From positions 29,845 through 93,844 of the forward strand of contig JAHHIK010000019.1 of NCBI GenBank assembly GCA_019358935.1: a stretch of DNA of 64,000 nt, given 5' to 3'. The notes below the pieces were generated by a model, which was given only the letters and a program-made list of their open reading frames with translations, did not search any database and was not told the origin of the DNA. Numbering within the stretch: the first letter of the stretch is position 1; each line of letters begins with the position of its first letter. The position numbers and the translations under genes are program-made. This DNA comes from Tolypothrix carrinoi HA7290-LM1 (GTDB taxonomy: Bacteria > Cyanobacteriota > Cyanobacteriia > Cyanobacteriales > Nostocaceae). This document shows, in pieces, positions 9,841 through 19,254 of the stretch.

Positions 9841-10318
9841 GCAAATTATTATCAACTCTTCACCTCTAATTGTTCTGTTTAAAAGTCAACAGGCAGAACT
9901 ATTACCACAATTATATTCAAAAATTCTAGTTCCATCGGCAGTTTGGGATGAAATTACAAACTCCGGTTTAAATGACCCAGCCTCTCAAAAATTACCTAGC
10001 ACTTCTTGGGCGCAACGAGTAGAAGTTGAAGCAATTGTACCTGAAATTGCCGCTTGGGATTTAGGAAAAGGAGAATCAGCAGTGTTAACTTTAGCTTTAA
10101 AAACTTTCAATTGTGCAGCTATTGTTGACGATAGAGCAGCGCGGCGTTGCTGTCAAACCTTTGGGATCACTACCATTGGTACGGGTGGCTTGCTAATACT
10201 AGCAAAACGACGCGGATTAATTCCTAGCATATCTCCAGGAATTCAAGCTTTACGCGATGCAGGCTTATGGTTATCCGATACAGTTGTAAACTTGCTGAAA
10301 CAACAAGCTGGGGAATAG
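9830..10318 (+). CDS. DUF3368 PIN-domain putative toxin
   Basis: IINSSPLI, VPSAVWDEI, LGKGESA, IVDDRAAR, GTGGLLILAK.RGLI. Confidence 0.85.
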   Translation: MSIEQIIINSSPLIVLFKSQQAELLPQLYSKILVPSAVWDEITNSGLNDPASQKLPSTSWAQRVEVEAIVPEIAAWDLGKGESAVLTLALKTFNCAAIVDDRAARRCCQTFGITTIGTGGLLILAKRRGLIPSISPGIQALRDAGLWLSDTVVNLLKQQAGE

Positions 10319-10356
10319 AATCTACGAAACGATTGGACGATTGGGGAATTGGAGCA

Positions 10357-10568
10357 GTAGCGATCGCCCTTTGTATCTTAACCACGGCTTCAACATTAGT
10401 AGCGATCGCGCTTATTGTCCTTACCACAGCTTTAACGTTTGCAGCGATCGCGTTTCGTGTCGTCACTACAGCTTTAACATTTGTAGCGTAGGCGCAGCCC
10501 GCCGTAGGCATCGCTTGTTTGTTTGTAACGAAAGCTTTAATGTTGGTAGCGATCGCGCTGAGTGTCGT
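10357..10568. repeat. 42-bp HIP1 array, block 2, with SDR5-like insert at 10489-10509
   Basis: HIP1 at 10360, 10402, 10444, 10486 (split by 21 nt) and 10549. Confidence 0.85.
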
Positions 10569-10576
10569 CCCGTCGA

Positions 10577-10825
10577 TTATTCGTCATCATTCAAAATCGA
10601 TTCTAAGATTTCAGGCGTTAATCCTCGCTCTTGTGCTTCAAGGCTAGCTTTATCCATTGTATTTCTCAGCCGTGCGATCGCCTCAAGTCTCGGAGTTGTA
10701 AATTGAGACTGCATAATTGCCGCAATCTTAAGTTGCAATTGTTCACGTTCTTCTTCAGTGGCATTGCGGTATGCTTCTGCTACCTCAAAGGGAACTTTGA
10801 TAGTAATTTCTTCTTTAGTAATCAT
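10577..10825 (-). CDS. Small antitoxin-like hypothetical protein (orphan)
   Basis: ITIKVPFEVAEAYRNA...AQERGLTPEILESILND resembles genes usually found upstream of PIN toxins. Confidence 0.6.
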   Translation of the reverse strand: MITKEEITIKVPFEVAEAYRNATEEEREQLQLKIAAIMQSQFTTPRLEAIARLRNTMDKASLEAQERGLTPEILESILNDDE

Positions 10826-10894
10826 GGCTTGTTTGCTTCCATAATTTCTCATCTTTAATCATGTTACTTCCTTGGCTTGTGAGTTCCTCAGCTT

Positions 10895-11082
10895 ACATAT
10901 TTGTAATGATCGCACTTATTGTCGTCACCAGAGCTTTAACATTGGTAGCGTAGGCGCAGCCCGCCGTAGGCATCGCTTGTATGTTTGTAACGAAAGTTAA
11001 AGCATTAGTAACCACAGCTTCAACATTGGTAACGATAGCTTTAACGAAAGTAACGATCGCACTTATTGTCGTCACCACAGCG
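10895..11082. repeat. 42-bp HIP1 array, block 3, with SDR5-like insert at 10951-10971
   Basis: HIP1-like at 10906, 10948 (split) and 11053; 10921-10996 duplicates 10459-10534. Confidence 0.85.
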
Positions 11083-11094
11083 CGTCCCCTATAA

Positions 11095-11220
11095 ACCCGA
11101 CACCCTGAAGGGTGCGGCTATACGAACAAAGTCCACCTGCGTGGACTAAATGCCGAAAAATTCTTTTAGCCTGCGGAGGCAGGCTTTGTTTGTAGAGCCA
11201 GCGGCTTCCAGCCTGAGGGC
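11095..11220. repeat. REP/REPIN-like palindromic doublet
   Basis: GGCTATACGAACAAAGTCCACCTGCGTGGACTAA and inverted TTAGCCTGCGGAGGCAGGCTTTGTTTGTAGAGCC. Confidence 0.6.
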
Positions 11221-11305
11221 TTCTGTTTGATTATATTGCAAGCGCGATCGCCCGATCGCCCAACAGCGATAAACTGACAAATAGACAATATTCCCCAATT
11301 ACAAC

Positions 11306-12040
11306 ATGTCAGTTACTTCTACACCCTCACTGCGCGAGCAACAACATCCTTTAATTCGTCAGTTGGCTGATACGATTGAAGGTGCTTGGCACAAACACCT
11401 TGATTTATCACCCTACCATTTGCCGGCAGAGTTGGGATATGTAGAAGGTAGACTCGAAGGTGAAAAACTGACGATTGAAAATCGCTGCTATCAAACACCG
11501 CAGTTCCGCAAGATGCACTTGGAACTAGCGAAAGTGGGAAATATGCTGGATATTCTGCACTGCGTTATGTTTCCCCGTCCAGAATACGACATACCGATGT
11601 TTGGCTGCGATTTAGTCGGGGGTAGAGGTCAAATTAGTGCTGCGATCGCTGATTTATCTCCACTTTCACAACGCACTTTACCAGAAGCGTATAATTCTGA
11701 ACTTTCCGCGTTACCTGCAATCAACTTTTCTCAACCCCGTGAATTACCAGAGTGGGGAGATATATTTTCGGAATTTTGTATCTTTGTTCGTCCCGGTTCT
11801 CCCGAAGAAGAAACGCTGTTTTTGTCACGGGTGCGAGACTTTTTAGATATTCATTGTACGAGAGCGATCGCTTCCCATCCCGCTTCACCAGAACAAGTAT
11901 TAAAAATCATCGCCGGACAGCATAATTACTGCACCAAACAGCAACAAAACGACAAAACCCGTCGCGTACTCGAAAAAGCCTTTGGTTCAGATTGGGCTGA
12001 AAATTATATGACTACAGTGTTATTTGACCTTCCAAATTAA
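11306..12040 (+). CDS. pcyA: Phycocyanobilin:ferredoxin oxidoreductase
   Basis: [39 protein letters not shown]. Confidence 0.95.
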   Translation: MSVTSTPSLREQQHPLIRQLADTIEGAWHKHLDLSPYHLPAELGYVEGRLEGEKLTIENRCYQTPQFRKMHLELAKVGNMLDILHCVMFPRPEYDIPMFGCDLVGGRGQISAAIADLSPLSQRTLPEAYNSELSALPAINFSQPRELPEWGDIFSEFCIFVRPGSPEEETLFLSRVRDFLDIHCTRAIASHPASPEQVLKIIAGQHNYCTKQQQNDKTRRVLEKAFGSDWAENYMTTVLFDLPN

Positions 12041-12165
12041 TTATTCGCATTAGGACATACAAATACAAAAAAAATAAAGTGACAATATACCAAGAATTAT
12101 AAATGTTGACTTATTGTCACTTTTTCTGCATAACTATCACTTCAAATGCTGAAAACTGCTTATCT

Positions 12166-12207
12166 GTAAGCTGTGCTACGTTTTCCGACAAATCATGAAT
12201 GTAGAAT
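12166..12207 (+). promoter_or_regulatory. NtcA-activated promoter of devBCA
   Basis: GTA-AGCTGTGC-TAC (12166-12179), 22 nt, TAGAAT (12202-12207); devBCA is known to be NtcA-dependent. Confidence 0.75.
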
Positions 12208-12568
12208 TCAGAAAACAACAGTTTAATGGAGTCATAAAATAGCATTACATAAAGCAGCGAGTAATTCTACTAACAGTTTGATAGAAACTTTCGGAATTCG
12301 TTAAAAAAACAAGATACCCGACTTATTAGATAAATCGGGTATCTAAAAAAGGGCAATTTTAAATTGGCAAATAGCATTGCTATAGCATCAACTAAAATTA
12401 ACCAGGTGTATCTGACCAAATTAAGCAAATCTCTCTACCAATAGAGCAAAACTTGTAATAGGTGTAGCCATCTGAAATGATTCGTAAATATTACCTTTTG
12501 CTCATAAAAGGCTAAATACTGCACTGCATATTTATCTGCTTAATTAATAGCTAAAATCCTTTTAATTC

Positions 12569-12679
12569 GTAGTGAGCGGTTTACCCAACGGGAGAGCCAG
12601 TCGCTCATGGGGGTAACGAACATGACCGCGCTGGCTCACCGCTCATAGCTTCGCTTTTAAGGGCTGAAGCCCTTACTAC
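12569..12679. repeat. GTAG-type double-hairpin element with nested insert
   Basis: GTAGTGAGCGGTTTACC[about 55 nt]GCTC...GGGCTGAAGCCCTTACTAC; uninterrupted copies at 25490-25545 and 39216-39271. Confidence 0.75.
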
Positions 12680-12793
12680 ATTAAGTCCGCGTTTATTTAT
12701 CATTATTCAGCTGGCTGGAAATCTAAAACCCTTTTTTGACTAATCCAACTACATCTTTTACTGAAATCACCACAATCAAACGGACAATATACC

Positions 12794-14212
12794 ATGTCAA
12801 GGGTGAATGAAAATTCAAGGTCAAGCGAACAACCACTTGATCAACCTAAGATTTGGTGGGGTATCGCTGTAGCCCTACCAGTAGTCATCGCTTCCGGGGT
12901 ACTAGCTACAGCCAGAATAGAGCAGCTAAAAAAACTCAGCAGTTCAGTACCAGTAGCACCAGTTCCTACTAGTATCAGTGCTGTGGGACGCTTAGAACCG
13001 CGAGGAGAAGTAGTTAAACTATCCGCTCCAACCGCAGGAGTGCAAGCTTCTTCACGAGTTGAGCAAATTTTGGTGAAAGAAGGAGAACGAGTCAGGAAAG
13101 GTCAAATAGTGGCGATTTTGGATAACCACGATAGCCAAACAGCAGCAGTGGAAGAAGCCAAAGCAAAACTGCAAGAATCCCGCGCCAATTTAGCACAAGT
13201 CAGAGCCGGTTCACCAAGAGACATTCAAGCTCAAAAAGCGGTAATTGCTCGTTTACAGGCTCAGTTAAGAGGTGAAAGTCAAGCTCAACAAGCAACGATC
13301 GCTCGCATTGCCGCTCAGTTAAGTGGAGAAAAAATCGCCCAACAAGCAACGGTTAATCGTCTGGAAGCCGAACTACAAGGACAACGAGATACTTTAAGAG
13401 CCACCGTTTCTCGCGTCCAAGCAGAAGCTAACAATGCCCAAGTCGATGCTCGACGCTACGAAACATTATACAGAGAAGGTGCGATTTCTCAGCAGGAATG
13501 GGACAGAAGACGCTTGAGTGCAGTAACTTCCTCTCAACAAGTTGCAGAAAGCCAAGCCACTTTAAGACAAGCAAAAGCAACTTTACAACAACAACTTGCC
13601 GAAGCTAGGGCAAACCAAATACAAAGTCAAGCAACTTTACAACAGCAGTTGATTGAAGCCAAAGTCAACCGCGATAAAACTATAGCGACATTGCAAAGGC
13701 AAATTGACGAAGAAAGAGCCAAATTCAACAGACTTTTAGAAGTTCGTCCCACCGATGCACTGATAGCACAAGCTCAAGTTAGTAATGCGATCGCTAACGT
13801 CAGAAAAGCCCAAGCAGACTTGAAATTAAGCTACGTTGCCGCACCCATCCCCGGAGAAATCATCAAAATTCACACCAAAGCGGGAGAAAACATGAGTGTA
13901 AATGGCATCGCTGAGATTGGAAGAACCGATCAAATGATTGCGATCGCCGAAGTTCCCGAAGACAGCATTGGTAAAGTACGTCTCGGTCAAAAAGCCACCA
14001 TCGCTAGCGATAACGGCGCTTTTAACGGCGAATTACAAGGAACAGTCGTTGAAGTTGGCAGAAAAATCGGCAAAAAAGATGTCTTAAATACAGATCCAGC
14101 AGCAGATGTAGATGCCAGAGTCGTAGAAGTAAAAATCGCCTTACCTCTAGAAGCCAGCCAAAAAGTTGGCGGTTTAACTAACGCCAAAGTAGTAGTCGAA
14201 ATCAACATTTAA
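12794..14212 (+). CDS. devB: Heterocyst glycolipid exporter membrane fusion protein
   Basis: KIWWGIAVA TM, AVGRLEPRGEVVKLSAP, long coiled coil, DPAADVDARVVEVKI; follows pcyA. Confidence 0.9.
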   Translation: MSRVNENSRSSEQPLDQPKIWWGIAVALPVVIASGVLATARIEQLKKLSSSVPVAPVPTSISAVGRLEPRGEVVKLSAPTAGVQASSRVEQILVKEGERVRKGQIVAILDNHDSQTAAVEEAKAKLQESRANLAQVRAGSPRDIQAQKAVIARLQAQLRGESQAQQATIARIAAQLSGEKIAQQATVNRLEAELQGQRDTLRATVSRVQAEANNAQVDARRYETLYREGAISQQEWDRRRLSAVTSSQQVAESQATLRQAKATLQQQLAEARANQIQSQATLQQQLIEAKVNRDKTIATLQRQIDEERAKFNRLLEVRPTDALIAQAQVSNAIANVRKAQADLKLSYVAAPIPGEIIKIHTKAGENMSVNGIAEIGRTDQMIAIAEVPEDSIGKVRLGQKATIASDNGAFNGELQGTVVEVGRKIGKKDVLNTDPAADVDARVVEVKIALPLEASQKVGGLTNAKVVVEINI

Positions 14213-14270
14213 CCATCACCTATTACCCATTACCAATTCCCCATTACCAATTCCCCATTCCCCCTATAAA

Positions 14271-15425
14271 ATGAGTCCAAAAATACCCTTAGCATGGCTA
14301 CAATTAACACGCGAAAAAACTCGCCTTATCGTGGCTCTGGCAGGAATTGCCTTTGCCGACGTTCTCATGTTTATGCAACTTGGTTTCCGGGATGCCCTGT
14401 ATTACAGTAACGTCCGGATGCATAGCAGTTTGCAAGGTGATATAGTTTTAATTAACTCTCAATCTAACGCCGTATTAGCAATGAAAAGCTTTTCACAAAG
14501 GCGGTTATATAAAGCTTTAGATTTGCCAGCAGTGCAATCAGTTCATCCTATATATTTAGACTACGCCAGTTGGAAAAATCCGATAACAGGTCGCCCTAGG
14601 AGTATTCTCACCTTAGCTATGAATCCAGAAGTTAATGTATTTAACTTGCCTGGAGTTCAAGAAAACTTAGATAAACTGAAACTGCCGGATGTAGTTTTAT
14701 ATGACCGTTCATCCCGAACAGAATATGGTCCGGTTGTAGCTAACTTTGAGCAAGGCAAAAGTGTCACAGCAGAAGTGCGGGGTAGACAAATTAATGTAGC
14801 TGGATTATTTACTTTAGGTGCATCATTTGGAGCTGATGGTAATTTAATTACTAGCGATGTTAACTTTTTTAGAATATTTAGCCATCGCCAGCGAGGATTG
14901 ATTGATATAGGCTTAATTAAATTAAAGCCAGGAGCAAATGCTAACTTAGTTGTACAACAATTGCGAAGTTATTTACCAAAAGAAATCAATGTATTAACTA
15001 AACAAGAATTTATTGACTTTGAAAGAAATTATTGGGCAAGCAGCACAGCGATAGGATTTATTTTCACCTTAGGTACAATCATGGGTTTTGTAGTCGGAAC
15101 CGTGATTGTATATCAAATTCTTTATAGCGAAGTTACAGAACACTTAGCTGAATATGCGACCTTAAAGGCAATCGGCTATACACAAAATTATCTATTATTT
15201 GTCATTCTTCAAGAAGCTTTAATTTTAGCAGTTTTAGGATACATGCCTGGATGGGCTTTTACGATGTTTTTATATAAACTGGCTAAAGACGCAACACTTT
15301 TACCAGTTTTCATGAGTTTAGATCGTGCAATAATGGTGCTAGTTTTAACAATTTTAATGTGCTTTATATCCGGTGCGATCGCCGTGCGTAAATTAGAAGC
15401 CGCCGATCCAGCAGATATATTTTAA
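14271..15425 (+). CDS. devC: ABC exporter permease
   Basis: PLAWLQL, GIAFADVLMFMQLGF, EYATLKAIGY, ADPADIF. Confidence 0.9.
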   Translation: MSPKIPLAWLQLTREKTRLIVALAGIAFADVLMFMQLGFRDALYYSNVRMHSSLQGDIVLINSQSNAVLAMKSFSQRRLYKALDLPAVQSVHPIYLDYASWKNPITGRPRSILTLAMNPEVNVFNLPGVQENLDKLKLPDVVLYDRSSRTEYGPVVANFEQGKSVTAEVRGRQINVAGLFTLGASFGADGNLITSDVNFFRIFSHRQRGLIDIGLIKLKPGANANLVVQQLRSYLPKEINVLTKQEFIDFERNYWASSTAIGFIFTLGTIMGFVVGTVIVYQILYSEVTEHLAEYATLKAIGYTQNYLLFVILQEALILAVLGYMPGWAFTMFLYKLAKDATLLPVFMSLDRAIMVLVLTILMCFISGAIAVRKLEAADPADIF

Positions 15426-15500
15426 TTTAACCCCTAACCCCCGTACAGACGTTCCACTAAAACGTCTCTACCGCTTTTCCTAACCCCTCTTCAAACGAAA

Positions 15501-16214
15501 ATGACAAAAAAACCTGTAATCGACATCAAAAATATCAGCCATTACTACGGTAAAGGTTCGCTGAAAAGACAAATATTATTTGACATAAATCTAGAGATTT
15601 ATGCAGGGGAAATTGTAATTATGACCGGACCATCAGGTTCAGGAAAAACAACATTACTGAGCCTGATTGGTGGTTTGAGGTCTGTGCAAGAAGGAAGTCT
15701 AAAATTTTTAGGTGAAGAACTATCTGGAGCCAGTCAAAGTAAACTGGTAGAAATTAGACGTAATATTGGTTATATTTTCCAAGCTCACAACTTGTTGGGG
15801 TTCTTAAACGCTAGGCAGAATGTGCAAATGGCAGTAGAACTGAACAAAGAGATTTCTAAGCAACATGCGATTAACAAATCAGAAGCAATGCTTCAAGCTG
15901 TAGGTTTAGAAGACAGGATTAATTATTTCCCAGATAATCTTTCTGGTGGACAAAAACAAAGAATAGCGATCGCTCGCGCTTTGGTGAACCATCCCCCACT
16001 AGTGCTAGCAGACGAACCCACAGCCGCTTTAGACAAACAATCAGGACGCGATGTGGTAGAAATAATGCAAACCCTTGCCAAAGAGCAGGGAACTTCTATT
16101 TTGCTCGTGACCCACGATAACCGCATTTTAGATATTGCCGATCGCATCTTGGAAATGGAAGATGGTCATTTAGCCCGTAATTCCCAAAGCACTGTCAAAA
16201 TAATTCATAACTAA
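15501..16214 (+). CDS. devA: ABC exporter ATP-binding subunit
   Basis: GPSGSGKTT, LSGGQKQR, LADEPTAALD; third gene of devBCA. Confidence 0.9.
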   Translation: MTKKPVIDIKNISHYYGKGSLKRQILFDINLEIYAGEIVIMTGPSGSGKTTLLSLIGGLRSVQEGSLKFLGEELSGASQSKLVEIRRNIGYIFQAHNLLGFLNARQNVQMAVELNKEISKQHAINKSEAMLQAVGLEDRINYFPDNLSGGQKQRIAIARALVNHPPLVLADEPTAALDKQSGRDVVEIMQTLAKEQGTSILLVTHDNRILDIADRILEMEDGHLARNSQSTVKIIHN

Positions 16215-16443
16215 TAATTAATAATTCATAATTACACTATAAGTGGGTGGCAGTTACTCTCCACTTATAGTGAAGACCACGCTCATCAAAAATTGAGTGG
16301 GAGGTTGTACCCATTTTTTAATTATGAATTATTAATTATGAATTAATAATTATTCGGTTAATAATTATGAGTCAAAAGTTAAACATCACAACTCGTAACT
16401 CATAGCTGGTAGCTCATAACTCATAAATATACACAGTTATTAC

Positions 16444-17268
16444 CTAGAAATGTGATTTTTTCGTTCCAGATAGCTTATCGGGTGACGGAGAATTTGCTTG
16501 ACGACTAGTACGGAAAGTCACATTCACACCTTCATTTGATTGTTCCAGCACCAGCAAAGGCGTGGGTTTAGCCTTTTGATCCCAATGCATATAAGCAATT
16601 CTACCTTGAATCGTCGGTTGCCAAGTATCTTGGTCTTCAGCAGGGCTAAGATAAGTTTCAATACAATCGATAATTTGGCTGATGCTGGCAGAAGTTGCTT
16701 GCGTGGGTAACTTCATTAACCGAATTTGAACGCGAAACAGCACTCGCTTGGCAGGAACTCCCTCTATATTAGTCTCGTACTCTACATCAAAAACCTGATC
16801 CACCTGCCGTCCAGAACTATTGGCAATCCCAACAATTCCTTGTTGAGCCTGATTTGGACGTAGTGCTTGAGAAATTTGCTCTTTGACTTTGATTTTTACT
16901 TGATTGACGATCGCAAAATGAAACACCTCCTCAGCCATCCGCATTCGCAAATAATCCAAATTAAAATCCCGTGAGTTAATCAAATCGGGATTAGTCTCCA
17001 TTTTTCTAATTGTTTCCAGCGCTAGCTTAAACTTTTTCTCTAGTTCTCGCGCCCGAAATTTTTCAAACTTGATTTTCTTCTCCAGCTTCTTCATCTCAAG
17101 TTTGCCATACACAATCAAAGCAATCACCGTCAAAGTTAGTACTCCAGAGGTTACGACTAACAACAATTGCGGTATTTGCTGATTGTTTGCTGGTGTCACT
17201 GGCACTTGCTGAATTGCCTTACTAATCTTAGACCCTGGCGATTGGGCAACAGATATTAAAATAGACAT
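16444..17268 (-). CDS. Hypothetical membrane-anchored protein
   Basis: N-terminal TM then coiled coil; start moved to MSILISVAQ, past the repeat-derived extension. Confidence 0.7.
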   Translation of the reverse strand: MSILISVAQSPGSKISKAIQQVPVTPANNQQIPQLLLVVTSGVLTLTVIALIVYGKLEMKKLEKKIKFEKFRARELEKKFKLALETIRKMETNPDLINSRDFNLDYLRMRMAEEVFHFAIVNQVKIKVKEQISQALRPNQAQQGIVGIANSSGRQVDQVFDVEYETNIEGVPAKRVLFRVQIRLMKLPTQATSASISQIIDCIETYLSPAEDQDTWQPTIQGRIAYMHWDQKAKPTPLLVLEQSNEGVNVTFRTSRQANSPSPDKLSGTKKSHF

Positions 17269-17356
17269 GGTTGCAAACAAAAATACTTGACTCCTGATTT
17301 TTAGGATGCCCAAATCCTTGATGTCATCTTGCGGTATTTTTGTTAATTTTTGACTA

Positions 17357-17575
17357 AGGGCATTGGGGATGGGGGGATGGGGAGAGGGGGGAATGGGGAG
17401 AGGGGGGAGACAAGGGAGACAAGGGAGACAAGGAAGACAAGGGAGACAAGGAAGACGAAAAGACAAACTCCCCCTGCCCCCTGCCCCCTGCCCCCTGCCC
17501 CCTGCCCCCTTGTCCCCCTTGTCCCCCTTGTCCCCCACTCCCCCCCTCCCCCCCTCCCCCATGCCCATTGCCCCA
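17357..17575. repeat. Purine/pyrimidine inverted low-complexity tracts
   Basis: (GGGAGACAA)n versus (CCCCCTG)n/(TTGTCCCCC)n; similar blocks at 35670-35840, 42984-43170, 49945-50150, 58060-58182. Confidence 0.85.
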
Positions 17576-18334
17576 ATCAATTCTTTTAGCAACATTCGTC
17601 TGATTGCTACAGATATGGATGGCACCCTAACGCAACAAGGTAAATTTACTTCTGCCTTATTGCAAGCTTTGGAGAATTTAGCGGCAGTTGGAATCAAAGT
17701 AGTAATTGTTACTGGACGTTCCGCCGGCTGGGTGAGTGGACTAAGTAGCTTGATGCCCATCGCTGGTGCGATCGCCGAAAATGGCGGTATATTCTATTCA
17801 TCTAATAGCCAGACTGTAGCTTTAACGCCGATTCCCGATTTAGTTGCCCATCGCCAACATTTAGCCGCAGCTTTTGCCCAATTACAAACACATTTTCCCC
17901 AAATCCGAGAATCTGCCGACAATCGCTTTCGCATCACCGACTGGACTTTTGATGTAGCTTCATTGACTTCAGGTGAACTGCTTTCCTTAAGTAATCTCTG
18001 TCAACAACTGAATTGGGGATTCACCTACAGCAACGTCCAGTGTCACATCAAACCCTTGGGGCAAGATAAAGCTGTAGGATTATTGCAAGTATTGCGAGAA
18101 TACTTTCCTGGTTATTCACCTCAACAAGTTGTCACCGTTGGCGATAGTCCCAATGATGAAAGTTTATTCGACCAACGTTATTTTCCCGTTTCTGTCGGTG
18201 TAGCGAATGTGATGGAATATGCCAATCAGTTGCAGCATCAACCTGTTTATATCACCACTGCTTCTGAAGGTGCAGGATTTTGTGAATTATCTAATTACTT
18301 ATTGCAAACCGTGAAAATACGAAATAACACGTAG
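17561..18334 (+). CDS. HAD-superfamily (IIB-like) hydrolase
   Basis: ATDMDGTLT, VTGRSAGW, AENGG, DKAVG, GDSPNDESL. Confidence 0.85.
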   Translation: MPIAPINSFSNIRLIATDMDGTLTQQGKFTSALLQALENLAAVGIKVVIVTGRSAGWVSGLSSLMPIAGAIAENGGIFYSSNSQTVALTPIPDLVAHRQHLAAAFAQLQTHFPQIRESADNRFRITDWTFDVASLTSGELLSLSNLCQQLNWGFTYSNVQCHIKPLGQDKAVGLLQVLREYFPGYSPQQVVTVGDSPNDESLFDQRYFPVSVGVANVMEYANQLQHQPVYITTASEGAGFCELSNYLLQTVKIRNNT

Positions 18335-18408
18335 CCGTTACTAAAGCGCTAAAGCGCTCACTACATTCTCAATTCGTCTAAAATAAACTCGTAGCACCGA
18401 ATACAACC

Positions 18409-19140
18409 ATGACAGCTACTTTACCTGTCGCTCAATCGGAAATTTTCTACCCCAGTGCTGATGGTGAACCCGTGGCAGAAACTTACGATCACCTTTATGT
18501 TTTGCTAACCACCCTGGAAGTATTAAAACAGTATTTAGCAGAAACTCAGGCAACTGTTTTAGCAAATCAATTTATGTATTACGCTCAGGGATATCCTAAA
18601 TTGCGGGTTGCCCCAGATGTAATGGTGATTTTTGATGTAACCCCAGGAGGTCGAGACAATTATAAAATCTGGGAAGAAGGTCAAGTGCCCAGTGTTATTT
18701 TTGAAATGACATCCAGCGGTACTAAAGACCAAGACCAAATCTTTAAAAAGACTCTTTATGAACAGTTAGGAGTCAAAGAATACTGGCTATTTGACCCGAA
18801 ACGCGAGTGGCAAGAAGAACAATTACGCGGTTATCGCTTGCGGGGAGAAATTTACGAGCCAATATCTGATAATCGTAGCGAACCGTTAAAATTGCGCTTA
18901 CAAGCTGAGGGACGGCTAATTAATTTTTATCGAGAGGATACCGGAGAAAAGCTGCTGATTCCTGGTGAACTAGCACAAGCGCTACGAGATGAAGTTGTGG
19001 CAAGGCAGCAAGCAGAAGCACAAGCAGAAGCTGAACGTCAACGTGCAGAAGCTGAACGTCAAAAAGCAGAACAAGCACAAGCGCAGGTAGAACAGTTAAA
19101 AGCAAGATTACGATCGCTTGGTATATCCGATACTGAGTAA
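18409..19140 (+). CDS. Uma2 (DUF820) family endonuclease
   Basis: YPSADGEPVAET, VAPDVMV, FEMTS, LGVKEYWLFDP; coiled-coil tail. Confidence 0.9.
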   Translation: MTATLPVAQSEIFYPSADGEPVAETYDHLYVLLTTLEVLKQYLAETQATVLANQFMYYAQGYPKLRVAPDVMVIFDVTPGGRDNYKIWEEGQVPSVIFEMTSSGTKDQDQIFKKTLYEQLGVKEYWLFDPKREWQEEQLRGYRLRGEIYEPISDNRSEPLKLRLQAEGRLINFYREDTGEKLLIPGELAQALRDEVVARQQAEAQAEAERQRAEAERQKAEQAQAQVEQLKARLRSLGISDTE

Positions 19141-19254
19141 TTTAAATTGCAAATTTTTCCGAACACTACTCAAATCATATTAAGATGAAATAAAAAAGTT
19201 GCACTTGCTCCGCGTTTTCGCTGATGCTATGTAAAAACTAACTATGTAGTTTCT

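Noticed and set aside
10549..10906. Gap between repeat blocks 2 and 3 equals 17x21 nt
   Set aside because: The block 1-2 gap (866 nt) is not a multiple of 21; probably coincidence
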